Shown: in pieces, positions 23,417 through 35,253 of the stretch
Layout: every line of letters begins with the position of its first letter
How positions within the stretch are numbered: the stretch's first letter is position 1
NCBI GenBank assembly: GCA_964019335.1
Contig: OZ025677.1
Location: 124,001-188,000, forward strand
Length of the DNA stretch: 64,000 nt
Direction: 5' to 3'
Origin: Diplonema japonicum
Lineage: Eukaryota > Protista > Euglenozoa: Diplonemea
Translations under genes and position numbers: made by a program
Notes under the pieces: model-generated
Databases searched by the model: none
What the model saw: only the letters and a program-made list of their open reading frames with translations
What the model was told of the DNA's origin: nothing

Positions 23417-23888
23417 TTTTGTAATCGATTCTCAAAAAAAAATAGATACAGAAAGAACAATCCCACGCTGCACATACCGTGTGCCAATAAAAAAAGAAAA
23501 AAAAGAAACGAAGGAATACTAGACACATATTCTTTTTTTTTTTTTTTTAATATATGAACCTTGTTTATAAAGGAGCTACCAAGGTACATAGATAATACTG
23601 GTTTTTTTTCCCCCCCCTTCTTTAACCCTTATGCAGCCAGGGGAGGGGTAATTGATTTTTGAAAGTCTCCGATTGTGGGTCTTTGTTGGCCGTTTCTGGG
23701 ATGAAGTTATGAAGTTTCAGATGGATACAAATAGCGCGTTTAACGCAGATTTTCAAAATCTTTCCATTCCAATTTTCTTTTTCTCTTTTTTTTTTTTTCT
23801 TCTGAAAACCGATCCAGACTTTTGGTCAAGATGACCAGAGAACAACACCTATGAACTGCGTCAACAGAAGCAGTTAGCTGCATAAGGG

Positions 23889-26800
23889 TTAAATAGATAA
23901 TTTTTGGTAAGGCTGGGACTCAGCTTGGGATTTGGGTTGCGTGAAGTAACTCTGCTGCCCACTGCTTGCCGCCTCGAGAGTATGATGAGTCACAACAGTA
24001 GAGCCACTGGTGTACAAGATAGGAGGTGGCGGGCTAGCTTCGTAGACCACCGGAGGTGCCATGCTAGACTGTGGTGGGCCGGGTGCAAACGGGGTCATCT
24101 CCTTCGACTCCTCAACTCTTTCCAAGAACTGTCGCAAGGTAATCTCATCGTCCATGGGCTCGGGATCGGGGACGTAGCCCCTTCTCCTCCACAGCAGCCC
24201 GCCCATCAGCATCATCCCGCAACACAACAGAACAATCAGCAGAATGACCCACCATGGTATGTTCGTCCCGCCGCCATCGTCCTCAACAGGCACCATCACC
24301 GGTACATCAGGCATCCCCACCCCTGGGGCCTGTGGTGGCGCTGGTGTCGGGACCCCAGTGCTCCCCGGTGCCAGCGTGGGGATGTTCGTAGGAGTTGCAG
24401 TGGGCAGTGCAGTGGGGATCATTGTGGCGCCCGGCACCAAAGTTGGAACCCCAGTTGGAACTGCTGTCGGGCCAGCAGTACTCCCTGGGGCCAATGTAGA
24501 TGGCATATTTGTAGGGACCGCCGTTGCCCCCGGCACCAAGGTCGGCATTGCAGTGGGGCTTGCTGTGGGCGAAGCCGTCATGCCTGGAGCCAACGTTGGA
24601 GCATTTGTAGGGAGTGCTGTAGGTGTCTGCGTTGAGCCCGGCGTCAAGGTAGAGGTAGGGACGTTCGTCGGAACAGCTGTTGGAGCTGCCGTTGTTCCAG
24701 GTGCAAGCGTGGTAGGTGCTGCAGTAGGTATCGCTGTGGGGGTGCTTGTTGGAACTGTCGTAGGTACTGCCGTGGACCCTGGTGGCAGGGTGGGGGTAGC
24801 TGTGGGTGTTGCTGTGTTGGGAGAAGTTGTTGGGACTGTTGTGGGCGAAGCGGTTGATCCCGGTGTCAAGGTGGGTACCGATGTGGGCACTGAGGGAGCA
24901 CTCGTTGGCGTCGCAGTTGAACCAGGGGTCAAAGTGGGGGCTGACGTGGGAGCAGAAGTGGATATAGCTGTGGGAACACTCGTTGGAACTGCCGTTGGAA
25001 TGGAAGTAGATCCCGGTGTTAAGGTGGGGACAGCTGTCGGTGTTGATGTTGGTATCGCTGTTGGGGTGCTTGTTGGAACTGTTGTCGGTACTGCCGTGGA
25101 CCCTGGTGTCAAGGTGGGGGTAGCTGTGGGTGTTGCTGTGTCAGGCGAAGGTGTCGGGACTGCCGTGGGTGTTGTGGTGGGGGTGTTTGTTGGAATTGCT
25201 GTTGGCGTTGCGGTTGATCCAGGTGTCAAAGTGGGGACTGACGTGGGAGCAGAAGTAGGTATAGCTGTAGGAACTGCAGTTGGTGAACTCGTAGGAAGAG
25301 CAGTCGATCCAGGGGTCAAGGTGGGGACGGCTGTGGGTGTTGCCGTGTCAGGAGAGGACGTCGGGACTGCCGTGGGTGTTGTGGTAGGGGTGCTTGTTGG
25401 GACTGCCGTTGGTGTTGCGGTTGATCCCGGGGTCAAGGTGGGGACTGACGTGGGAGTACTAGTCGGAGCTGCAGAAGGAACAGCTGTTGGGACAGCAGTG
25501 GGAACTGCAGTTGGTGTACTTGTTGGAACTGCTGTTGGAATGGAGGTGGAACCAGGTGTCAAGGTGGGGACGGATGTGGGCGTTGCTGTGTCAGGAGAAG
25601 ATGTCGGGACTGCCGTGGGTGTTGTGGTGGGGGTGCTTGTTGGAACTGCCGTTGGAATGGAGGTGGACCCAGGTGTCAAGGTGGGGACGGATGTCGGTGT
25701 TGCTGTGTCAGGAGAGGGTGTTGGGACTGCCGTAGGTGTTGTGGTGGGGGTGCTTGTTGGAACTGCCGTCGGTGTGGAGGTGGACCCAGGTGTCAAGGTG
25801 GGGACAGCTGTTGGTGTTGCTGTGTCAGGTGAGGGTGTTGGGACTGCCGTCGGTATTGTAGTTGATCCAGGGGTCACAGTGGGCACAGCTGTGGGAACAC
25901 TCGCCGGGACAGCCGTCGGAGCTGCAGAAGGAACAGCTGTTGGGACAGCAGTGGGAACTGCAGTTGGTGTACTTGTTGGAGCTGCAGTTGGAATGGAGGT
26001 GGACCCAGGTGTCAAGGTGGGGACGGCTGTGGGTGTTGCCGTGTCAGGAGAGGGTGTCGGGACTGCCGTGGGTGTTGTGGTAGGGGTGCTTGTTGGGACT
26101 GCCGTTGGTGTTGCGGTTGATCCCGGGGTCAAGGTGGGGACTGACGTGGGAGTGCTGGTCGGAACTGCAGAAGGAACAGCTGTTGGGACAGCAGTGGGAA
26201 CTGCAGATGGTGTACTTGTTGGAACTGCCGTTGGAATAGAGGTGGAACCAGGTGTCAAGGTGGGGATGGATGTGGGTGTTGCTGTGTCAGGAGAGGACGT
26301 TGGGACTGCCGTGGGTGTCGTGGTGGGAGTGCTTGTTGGAACTGCTGTCGTGGAGGTGGACCCAGGTGTCAAGGTGGGGACAGCCGTTGGCGCTGCTGTG
26401 TCAGGTGAGAGTGTTGGGACTGCCGTTGGAATGGAGGTAGTCACCGGTGTCAAGGTGGGGACGGCTGTGGGTGTAGCTGTGTCAGGAGAAGGCGTCGGGA
26501 CTGCTGTGGGTGTTGTGGTGGGGGTGCTTGTTGGAATTGCTGTTGGTGTTGCGGTTGATCCCGGTGTCAAGGTGGGGACTAACGTGGGAGAACTGGTCGG
26601 AGCCGCAGAAGGAACAGCTGTTGGGACAGCAGTGGGAACTGCAGTTGGTGTACTTGTTGGAACTGCCGTTGGAATGGAGGTGGAACCAGGTGTCAAGGTG
26701 GGGACGGCTGTTGGCGCTGCTGTGTCAGGTGAGGGTGTCGGGACTGCCGTGGGTGTTGAAGTTGATCCCGGTGTCAAGGTGGGGACTGACGTGGGGGTGC

Positions 26801-29800
26801 TGGTCGGAACTGCAGAAGGAAGAGCTGTCGGGGCAGCAGTGGGGACTGCAGTTGGTGTAGAAGTAGACCCGGGTGGGGCAGCTGTTGGCGTCAATGTTGG
26901 GACAGCCGTTGGCGCTGCTGTGTCAGGTGAGAGTGTTGGTGTTGCGGTTGATCCCGGTGTCAAGGTGGGGACTGACGTGGGAGTACTGGTCGGAGCTGCA
27001 GAAGGAACAGCTGTTGGGACAGCAGTGGGAACTGCAGATGGTGTACTTGTTGGAACTGCCGTTGGAATGGAGGTGGAACCAGGTGTCAAGGTGGGGACGG
27101 ATGTGGGCGTTGCTGTGTCAGGAGAAGATGTCGGGACTGCCGTGGGTGTTGTGGTGGGGGTGCTTGTTGGAACTGCCGTCGGTGTGGAGGTGGACCCAGG
27201 TGTCAAGGTGGGGACAGCTGTTGGTGTTGCTGTATCAGGTGAGGCAGTGGGTATTGTAGTTGATCCAGGGGTCACAGTGGGCACAGCTGTGGGAACACTC
27301 GTTGGGGCAGCTGTAGGAGTGTTTGTTGGGACTGCCGTTGGAATGGAGGTGGAACCAGGTGTCAAGGTGGGGACGGCTGTGGGCGTTGCTGTGTCAGGAG
27401 AGGGTGTCGGGACTGCCGTGGGTGTTGTGGTGGGGGTGCTTGTTGGAACTGCTGTCGGTGTGGAGGTGGACCCAGGTGTCAAGGTGGGGACAGCTGTTGG
27501 CGTCGCTGTGTCAGGTGAGGGTGTTGGGACTGCCGTGGGTGTTGTGGTGGGGGTGCTTGTTGGAACTGCCGTTGGAATCGTAGTTGATCCAGGGGTCAAA
27601 GTGGGGGCTGACGTAGGAGTGCTGGTCGGAACAGCAGTGGGAACTGTAGTTGGAGTGCTTGTTGGAATTGCCGTCGGAGTGGAGGTGGACCCAGGTGTCA
27701 AGGTGGGGACGGCTGTTGGTGTAGCTGTGTCAGGAGAGGGTGTTGGGACTGCCGTGGGTGTTGTGGTGGGGGTGCTTGTTGGAACTGCCGTCGGTGTGGA
27801 GGTGGACCCAGGTGTCAAGGTGGGGACGGCTGTTGGTGTAGCTGTGTCAGGAGAGGGTGTTGGGACTGCCGTGGGTGTTGTGGTGGGGGTGCTTGTTGGA
27901 ACTGCCGTCGGTGTGGAGGTGGACCCAGGTGTCAAGGTGGGGACGGCTGTTGGTGTAGCTGTGTCAGGAGAGGGTGTTGGGACTGCCGTGGGTGTTGTGG
28001 TGGGGGTGCTTGTTGGAACTGCCGTCGGTGTGGAGGTGGACCCAGGTGTCGTGGTGGGGACAGCTGTTGGTGTAGCTGTGTCAGGTGAGGGTGTTGGGAC
28101 TGCCGTGGGCGTTGTAGTTGATCCCGGGGTCGAGGTGGGCACTGCTGTCGGTGTGGAAGTGGATCCTGGTGTCAAGGTGGGGACAGCTGTTGGTACCGCC
28201 GTTGGCACGCTTGTTGGGCTTGCCGTTGGTGTTGTTGTTGATCCCGGAGTTGAGGTTGGCACTGACGTGGGAGTGCTGGTTGGAGCTGCTGTAGTCGGAA
28301 CTGCTGTTGGCGTAGAGGTTGATCCGGGTGCCAATGTGGGTATAGCTGTGGGAACACTCGTCGGGACTGCACTTGGTGTGCTCGTTGGAACTGCTGTCGG
28401 TGTGGTGGTGGATCCTGGTGTAAGAGTGGGTGCGGCTGTTGGTGTAGATGTAATTGGAGTAACTGTGGGAGTATTTGTAGGTGATGCAGTAGGGATAGCC
28501 GTGGGAACTGCAGTCGGCGTGCTTGTTGGAAGAGCAGTCGGTGTGGAGGTGGACCCTGGTGTCGTGGTGGGGACAGCTGTCGGAATTGCTGTGTCAGGAG
28601 AGGGTGTTGGGACTGCCGTGGGCGTCCCAGTCGGTGTCGCAGTAGGACCACTTGTTATTCCTGTGTATTTGTTAAAGCACTCGTATTACACTCAACATCT
28701 TTCCCCCCCATTGAAATCACTATAAAACACACCTGGTGCAGAAGTCGGTACAGCGGTAGGAACGGCTGTAGGGGTTGAAGTGGGTGTGGCTGTAGGTGTC
28801 GTTGTTGGCGCAATTGTAGGAACGGCTGTTACTGCTGGGGTGGCCGTGACACCAGGGACTCCCGTCGGTGTTTGTGAAACAGGAGTCAGCGTGTCAGGTG
28901 CCACAGTAGAGGGGGCTTGTGTACCGGGTGCCATTGTGACTGGTGCTTGCGTGTCGGGTGCTGTTGTAAGAGGAGCTTGTGTATCTGGAGACGATGTGAG
29001 AGGCGCCAGTGAGTCAGGTGCCGTTGTCATAGGGGCTTGCGTATTAGGTGACGTTGTAAGAGGAACCTGTGTGTCAGGTGGCATTGTAGAGGGCGACTGT
29101 GTATCAGGAGCTTGTGTATCGGGCGCCGTTGTCGGAGGAGCCTGAGTACCAGGTGACGTTGTAAGAGGTGCTTGCGTGTCAGGTGCTATTGTGAGGGGAG
29201 TTTGCGTATCAGGTGACGTTGTGAGTGGAGTTTGTGTATCAGGTGCCGTTGTTGGGGGAGCTTGCGTGTCAGGTGCCGTTGTGAGGGGGGCCTGGGTGCC
29301 TGGAGTTGTTGTCGAAGGAGCTTGTGTATCAGGTGCCGTTGTCGAAGGAGCTTGCGTGTCAGGTGCCTGTGTATCAGGTGCCGTTGTTAGGGGCGCTTGG
29401 GTACCCGGAGCTGTTGTTGAAGGAGCTTGTGTATCGGGTGCAGCTGTCGGAGGGGCCTGAGTATCGGGTGCCGTTGTTATGGGAGATTGCGTGTCAGGTG
29501 CTGTTGTGAGGGGAGCCTGAGTATCGGGTGCTGTTGTGGCCGGTGCTTGCGTGTCAGGTGCCGTTGTGGAAGGAACCTGAGTATCAGGTGCTGTTGTCGA
29601 AGGAGCTTGTGTATCGGGTGCCGTTGTTGTGGGAGCTTGCGTGTCAGGTGCTGTTGTTTGGGGAGCCTGAGTATCGGGTGCCGTTGTGGCTGGTGCTTGC
29701 GTATCGGGTGCTGTAGTTAGGGGTGCTGTTGTGGTTGGTGCCTGAGTATCGGGTGCCGTTGTTGCAGGTGCTTGTGTATTAGGTGCTGTTGTGAGGGGGG

Positions 29801-31589
29801 CCTGAGTATCAGGTGCCGTTGTGGAAGGAGCCTGAGTATCGGGTGCTGTTGTTGCAGGTGCTTGTGTATCAGGTGCCGTTGTGAGGGGAGCCTGAGTATC
29901 GGGTGCCGTTGTGGCCGGTGCTTGCGTGTCAGGTGCTGTGGTTGAAGGAGCCTGAGTATCGGGTGCCGTTGTGACAGGTGCTTGCGTGTCAGGTGCTGTT
30001 GTGGAAGGTGCTTGTGTATCAGGTGCCGTTGTGAGGGGAGCTTGAGTATCGGGTGCCGTTGTGGTTGGTGCTTGCGTGTCAGGTGCTGTGGTTGAAGGAG
30101 CCTGAGTATCGGGTGCCGTTGTGACAGGTGCTTGCGTGTCAGGTGCCGTTGTGGAAGGAGCCTGAGTATCGGGTGCCGTTGTGGCTGGTGCTTGCGTGTC
30201 AGGTGCTGTTGTGGAAGGTGCTTGTGTATCAGGTGCCGTTGTGGCCGGTGCTTGCGTGTCAGGTGCTGTGGTTGAAGGAGCCTGAGTATCGGGTGCCGTT
30301 GTGGAAGGGGCTTGTGTATCAGGTGCCGTTGTTGGGGGAGCCTGAGTATCGGGTGCCGTTGTGGCCGGTGCTTGCGTGTCAGGCGCCGTTGTGGAAGGAG
30401 CCTGGGTATCGGGTGCTGTTGTTGCAGGTGCTTGTGTATCAGGTGCCGTTGTGGCCGGTGCTTGCGTGTCAGGTGCTGTTGTGGAAGGAGCCTGGGTATC
30501 GGGCACCGTTGTGGCCGGTGCTTGCGTGTCAGGTGCCGTTGTGGCAGGGGCCTGAGTATCAGGTGCTGTTGTCGAAGGAGCTTGTGTATCAGGTGCCGTT
30601 GTGGCCGGTGCTTGCGTGTCAGGAGCTGTTGTTGAGGGTGCCGTTGTGTCTGGTGCCTGCGTGTCAGGCGCAGGAGTATCAGGAGCTGTAGTTGGGGGTG
30701 CATCTGTAGTTCCTGAACACCCTGTTGCGGCAGTGTTGGGCTCCAAGACATTTTGGTCGTACTCACGGCCCGCACCCATGGACCCGAAGTTGCCCGCGCT
30801 GAAGTAGTTACAGATGAGGTACACCTCTGTCGAGGATCCTGGTTTAACGTGACAGAGCGAGCAACCGACTTCCGTTGAATCCTTCCACACCACTTGCGTC
30901 ATGTGCCCTGTAGTCCCGCTATTCATGGCGGTGGTGTAGTCCCAGCAGCCCTCCTCGCTGCAGTACCAGGAGTTGGTACCGGACGCAGGGTCGTAGTCTT
31001 GTAGTTCGGTGCTGCCACCGACCATAGCGAGGTTCTCACCGTAGCTCACGCCGTTGTTAGAAGGGGGGTTGTTGTGGGTGAGGGATTGCATGCTGCACGT
31101 GGTGGTGAAACCTGTGGAGGAAATCGAGTAGTCTGCGATGTCTTGGTTCCATGTGAGGGGACAAGCGCCGTGCTTGGCTCGGAACTCATTATGCTTTGCA
31201 AGCACGCTTGTTTTCTGCCACGGTGAGAGGTGAGCATAACAAGGGGTAGCCGTGGCCCCAACACACGTGCCCCCGTTTGGGGGGGCGGGTGTCGCTGTTG
31301 GGTCATACGTACCAGGGGCACAGGTGCAAGCAGTGCACCCACCCATACCAACCAAGGTAGGGCAGTCATAGTTACTTAGTAAATCTACGCAGTTAAAGCC
31401 GCTGAATTGGTCCGTGCACGAATTGCTGGGGCACCATCCTAAAGAGGATGAGCACACCCCTAGAGCGTCTGCTTTGCGGCTCCCAGTCTGATAATTTGAC
31501 ACCTCACTCTTAAACTGTAGCTGTAGCTCCGACACATTGAGCTTGGCACCCACCGAGCCCACGGCGGCAACGGCTATGAAGGATAGCAT
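23889..31589 (-). CDS. Giant (~2,542 aa) type I membrane mucin-like protein with an N-terminal CAP/SCP/PR-1 domain; exons 28733-31589 and 23889-28660
   Basis: Signal [15 protein letters not shown] and a Cys-rich segment; CAP motifs [42 protein letters not shown]; Thr/Pro repeats; [26 protein letters not shown] followed by RRR and a cytoplasmic tail. The intron fuses two ORF-track ORFs in frame. Confidence 0.85.
24330..28650 (-). repeat. Coding Thr/Pro repeat array, including near-perfect 117-bp (39-aa) units
   Basis: gtagctgtgtcaggagaggg recurs at 27721, 27838 and 27955; [17 protein letters not shown] modules. Confidence 0.9.
28661..28732 (-). other. 72-nt GT-AG intron, phase 1
   Basis: CCA G|gtgtgtttt...aaatacacag|GA ATA; an AT-rich island between two repeat blocks, with frame matching ORF 23889..28334. 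Confidence 0.85.
28890..30710 (-). repeat. Coding 30-bp tandem repeat ([10 protein letters not shown])n
   Basis: Dozens of consecutive 10-aa units in the translation. Confidence 0.95.
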
Positions 31590-31974
31590 TCTTTTTCCCC
31601 CCCCTAAGAAAAAGAAAATGCCACTTTTATTTTCTTTTTTTTTTTTTTTAAACTGCGGTGTGGGGTTTAGCACTTACTTGAAAAGGGGGAACGAGAAAGG
31701 ACTACCATATAAACTACTAGAGAAACGGAAGAGAGATAAAAAAAGAAGAAAAATAATAACGCAACGGGTCCTTAATTGGCACTTGGCATGTACAAGCAAC
31801 AGCCCAGTTCCTCTTTGTTTCTCACTTAATAATAGACCCAGGTGCAAGATGGGGAGAAAGAACAGGAGAGGGAGGGAGAGAGGTGGTACATAGTTAGGAA
31901 AAAAAAAAGAATGTAAATTTAAAAGAAAAAAAAATCAGACTAATAACAGTGCTTTTGGAAGGGGTACTCATTGT

Positions 31975-32012
<38 letters not shown>

Positions 32013-32015
32013 GCC

Positions 32016-33230
32016 TCATTCAGTTTTGGCATGCAACACAATGGACGGAGTGGGCAAAAGAAGCACCACACTAGCGCACAAAGAAGAAAGTGAAAAGAGA
32101 TGAAATAGCGCGGTCCAGCCATAGCTTTGGGTAATCACAGGAGTGAGGTAACCTTGGGCGAAAGCTCCGAGCGAACCGACTCCATTTATAAGGGCGCAGA
32201 GGGACCCTGCGTAGCGAGGGCCCGCAAGGTTCTGGCCGATAGCACCGACGATGAGCGAGTCTGGGCCGTATAAAAAGAATCCTATGAAAGGAAGGAGGAA
32301 GGGAGACGGAGTCGCTGCATAAGCACACATAACAACAGCAAGGCAGAGCAGAAACCCACTGCACGCATGGCCAGGGGCAACATTAAACTTCTGGCAAAAG
32401 AAACCAATCACGACAACCCCCACAGACCCGCCGATCTCTATCAATGTCGACAAGTACGCTGCAGCATCGTCCTCGTACCCGTGCTCAGACGCGAGGTAGA
32501 AAGGCAGCCAGAACAACAAGCTGTACCGCACGAGCTTGATGGCAACATACACGCTGCAGTGCTTCACAACTATACTGTGGCACAGGAAGATGATTGGGTT
32601 CTCAACCTGCACATCCGTGCGCTTCTCCGTTTTGACTGTCTCTTCCTCAGGAGAGTCTTGTAGGAAGAGCAGACAGCATCCTGCAATGCACAGCAGCACT
32701 TGTGCAGGGACGTAAAAGGCCATTTTCCATGAATGGGCAACAGAGAGGTACCCCGCTAGCATGGACGCGAAAACTCCCCCGAGCTGATAGTTGGTAGACC
32801 AGAGGCCCATGATGGCCACTCGCTGAGAGGCAGGGTACCGGTTGGACATGAGCTTGGCAGTAGACGGCCAACCCGCTGCTTGGCACATCCCGTTGATGCT
32901 GAAGGCGATGAAGACGCCCCAGAAACTGCCCAGCCCAAAATAGTACGGCAAGGCGATGGTCGCCAAGGAGCTGCCCACTAGTCCTGCGACAAGCACCGCA
33001 ACAGGGCTACCGTTGTCTACAGCCATCCCTGCTGGGACCATGCTTATCGAGTACGCCAGCAGGTATCCTACATCCATCGTGCTCAGTGTCTCCAACGAGA
33101 CCACCCCCTCTCGGACAAGTACCCCCTTCACCGCGCTGAGGTTCTTCCGCGTCAGGTACAACCCAGCATAGGACAGCCACGTCAGCAGGAACGTCGCCCA
33201 GGGCCGCATCATGTCTTTTATTGTCACCAT
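32016..33230 (-). CDS. MFS transporter, OPA (GlpT/UhpT/SLC37-like) family
   Basis: TWLSYAGLYLTRKNLS, NGMCQAAGWP, R..IMGLWSTNYQLGG, KLVRYSLLFWLPFYL, FLYGPDSL, INGVGSLG; about 12 hydrophobic segments. Confidence 0.9.
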   Translation of the reverse strand: MVTIKDMMRPWATFLLTWLSYAGLYLTRKNLSAVKGVLVREGVVSLETLSTMDVGYLLAYSISMVPAGMAVDNGSPVAVLVAGLVGSSLATIALPYYFGLGSFWGVFIAFSINGMCQAAGWPSTAKLMSNRYPASQRVAIMGLWSTNYQLGGVFASMLAGYLSVAHSWKMAFYVPAQVLLCIAGCCLLFLQDSPEEETVKTEKRTDVQVENPIIFLCHSIVVKHCSVYVAIKLVRYSLLFWLPFYLASEHGYEDDAAAYLSTLIEIGGSVGVVVIGFFCQKFNVAPGHACSGFLLCLAVVMCAYAATPSPFLLPFIGFFLYGPDSLIVGAIGQNLAGPRYAGSLCALINGVGSLGAFAQGYLTPVITQSYGWTALFHLFSLSSLCASVVLLLPTPSIVLHAKTE

Positions 33231-33344
33231 AATACCCCCTTCCTTTTTTCTTCTTCTTTCTTTTTGAAATTGCGTTGAGTAATCAAGAAGAAAAAACTTT
33301 TCAATCCCAGCAAAAAAAAAAAAAAAAAAAAAAAAACGGTTTTC

Positions 33345-34220
33345 TCACGCGTTTTTAGTGTGTTCTAAGGCAAGGATCAAGGCCTGCGTGCCTTTCTGTC
33401 CATGGCCCAGCCTTTGCATTGTTGTGTAAAGGTCTCTCGCAAGGTGCAATCCGGGGAGGGTGAGGTTCATGCGTGTGGCTTCGTCGACAGCAATGCCGAG
33501 GTCCTTCACAAAGTGATCGATGTAGAAGCCGGGGGCGAAATCGCGAGAGGCGGTTTTGGGACCGAGATTGCTGATCTGGTACCCTCCAGCAGCGCCCTTC
33601 TCGATGGCGGCGATGGTCTGGTGAAGGTCGAGCCCGGCATGCGTGGCGTAGTGGAGCGATTCGCAAACCCCGAGGATCGTGCTGCAAACAAGGATTTGAT
33701 TGCACATTTTGAGATGTTGCCCTTTTCCTGCGGGACCGGCATGTGTGATGTTTGTTCCCATTTTGGATAGGACGGGGGTCACCTTGTCAACAGCGGTTTT
33801 CATACCGCCACAGAATATGGTGAGAGATGCGGCCTTGGCGCCAATGTCACCGCCGGAGACAGGTGCGTCGATGGCATCCCATCCTCTTAGTTCGCCTTCA
33901 GCGAAGATCTCTTCAGCAAGACTGGGTGTCGAGGTGGTCATGTCGATGAAAGTCTGGCCTTTGCCCAACACACCTGCTACGCCGTTATTCCCAAAGACGA
34001 CTTCTCTCACATCGTCGGGTGTCCCTACAATCGAGACAACTACGTCGGACCCTGCAGCGGCCTCGCGTGGGGTGTCGCACCACGTGGCGCCCCCTTCGAT
34101 CGCTTCTCTTGCTTTTTCTTGTGTCCTCGTGAACACCTTCACCTCGTGCCCCGCTTTCACGAGATGCCCCACCATGCTTTTCCCCATTATCCCTGTTCCG
34201 ATCCAGCCGATTTTTTGCAT
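33345..34220 (-). CDS. NAD(P)-dependent beta-hydroxyacid dehydrogenase (3-hydroxyisobutyrate dehydrogenase / tartronate semialdehyde reductase family)
   Basis: KIGWIGTGIMGKSM, FIDMTTS, DAPVSGGDIGA, GKGQHLKMCNQ, PGFYIDHFVKDLGIA. The start is moved to the MQKIGW ATG. Confidence 0.92.
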   Translation of the reverse strand: MQKIGWIGTGIMGKSMVGHLVKAGHEVKVFTRTQEKAREAIEGGATWCDTPREAAAGSDVVVSIVGTPDDVREVVFGNNGVAGVLGKGQTFIDMTTSTPSLAEEIFAEGELRGWDAIDAPVSGGDIGAKAASLTIFCGGMKTAVDKVTPVLSKMGTNITHAGPAGKGQHLKMCNQILVCSTILGVCESLHYATHAGLDLHQTIAAIEKGAAGGYQISNLGPKTASRDFAPGFYIDHFVKDLGIAVDEATRMNLTLPGLHLARDLYTTMQRLGHGQKGTQALILALEHTKNA

Positions 34221-35253
34221 TTTTTCTTTTTTTTCCCCCCCCGTATCCTGAGCGGTCTCTTCCTTGGTTTTTTTTAATTGGGGATATAAAAAAATAAAAT
34301 AAAATAAAATAAAATAAAACTGCATTCACTATGATAAAAAAAGGTGGGGGGGGGGGGGGGGGAGGAGTGTTAGCAACTAAATACTCCCCGCCAGTGAAGT
34401 TTTTTTTTCTTTCCTTTTTTCCTTTTTTTTTCTCGAATACAAGAGGCATCGCTGATCTAGGATGAACCCTTAGAGCACAAAAAAAATCGATAAAATTTCA
34501 GTGTGCAGGGGGGGGTGCTCACTGTTTGAAAAAGAAACAAATAACAGCAATCCTTGGGTCGCAGGTGGGGGGGACAGGTATTCCTGTTGTCACAGAGAAG
34601 AGAGAAGTTAGATAGTGGATGGTTAAAAAGGACCCTTTAAAAAAGAGAGAAAACGGCCGGTATATCAATCAACAGCGGGCTGTTGGGATGGAGGAAAAGC
34701 TCAGGTTTGGTCACATAATTAAATCATTTTCTTTTTTTTTTTTTTATTTGAAATGAGAATGGGAATAGAGGCGAACGAAAGGCTGTTCCCGCTACTCTTT
34801 ATCTTTCCTTTCTTCCTTTCTTCCTCTTTTGTGTTTCCCGTTACAAATTCGAGCTTTTCTTTTTCCGCGTAAAGATTTTTGTGTTCAAAACGAACCCTGT
34901 TCTATTTTTTGTAATTTGCTCAGGTGAATAGCTTGCTGATGAAAACCCTCAACTCATTATTGCCACGGGTCTTAAAGCAAACTTACTTACTTTTCGCTGA
35001 GCTTCGGGGGACCGCCACCAAATCACCTTTCGCTTTTCGTTTCATTGTTTTTCCTCTGCTCGCCTCGCTCTCTTATTCTTCAAAAAAGAAAAAAAAGAGG
35101 GGGGAACGGCATTATTTCCTTTCCAAAAGCCTTTAGGCTATTTTAAAAAAAATAAAAAAAAAAGGTGATCCAAATAGAATTAATTCATTGCCCGGCACAA
35201 GTGATAACAAGTTCTTTATCATTTTTGCTCGAAATGCATTTGATTTCCTTTAA

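Noticed and set aside
24244-28725. 1493-aa plus-strand Val/Gly-rich ORF, and similar ORFs at 47776-48777 and 51764-52765
   Set aside because: Antisense shadows of Thr/Pro repeat codons. The minus-strand reading has a signal peptide, domain and TM.
28890-30710. Regular 30-bp repeats superficially like a CRISPR array
   Set aside because: No unique spacers, in-frame coding repeat, eukaryotic context, no cas genes.
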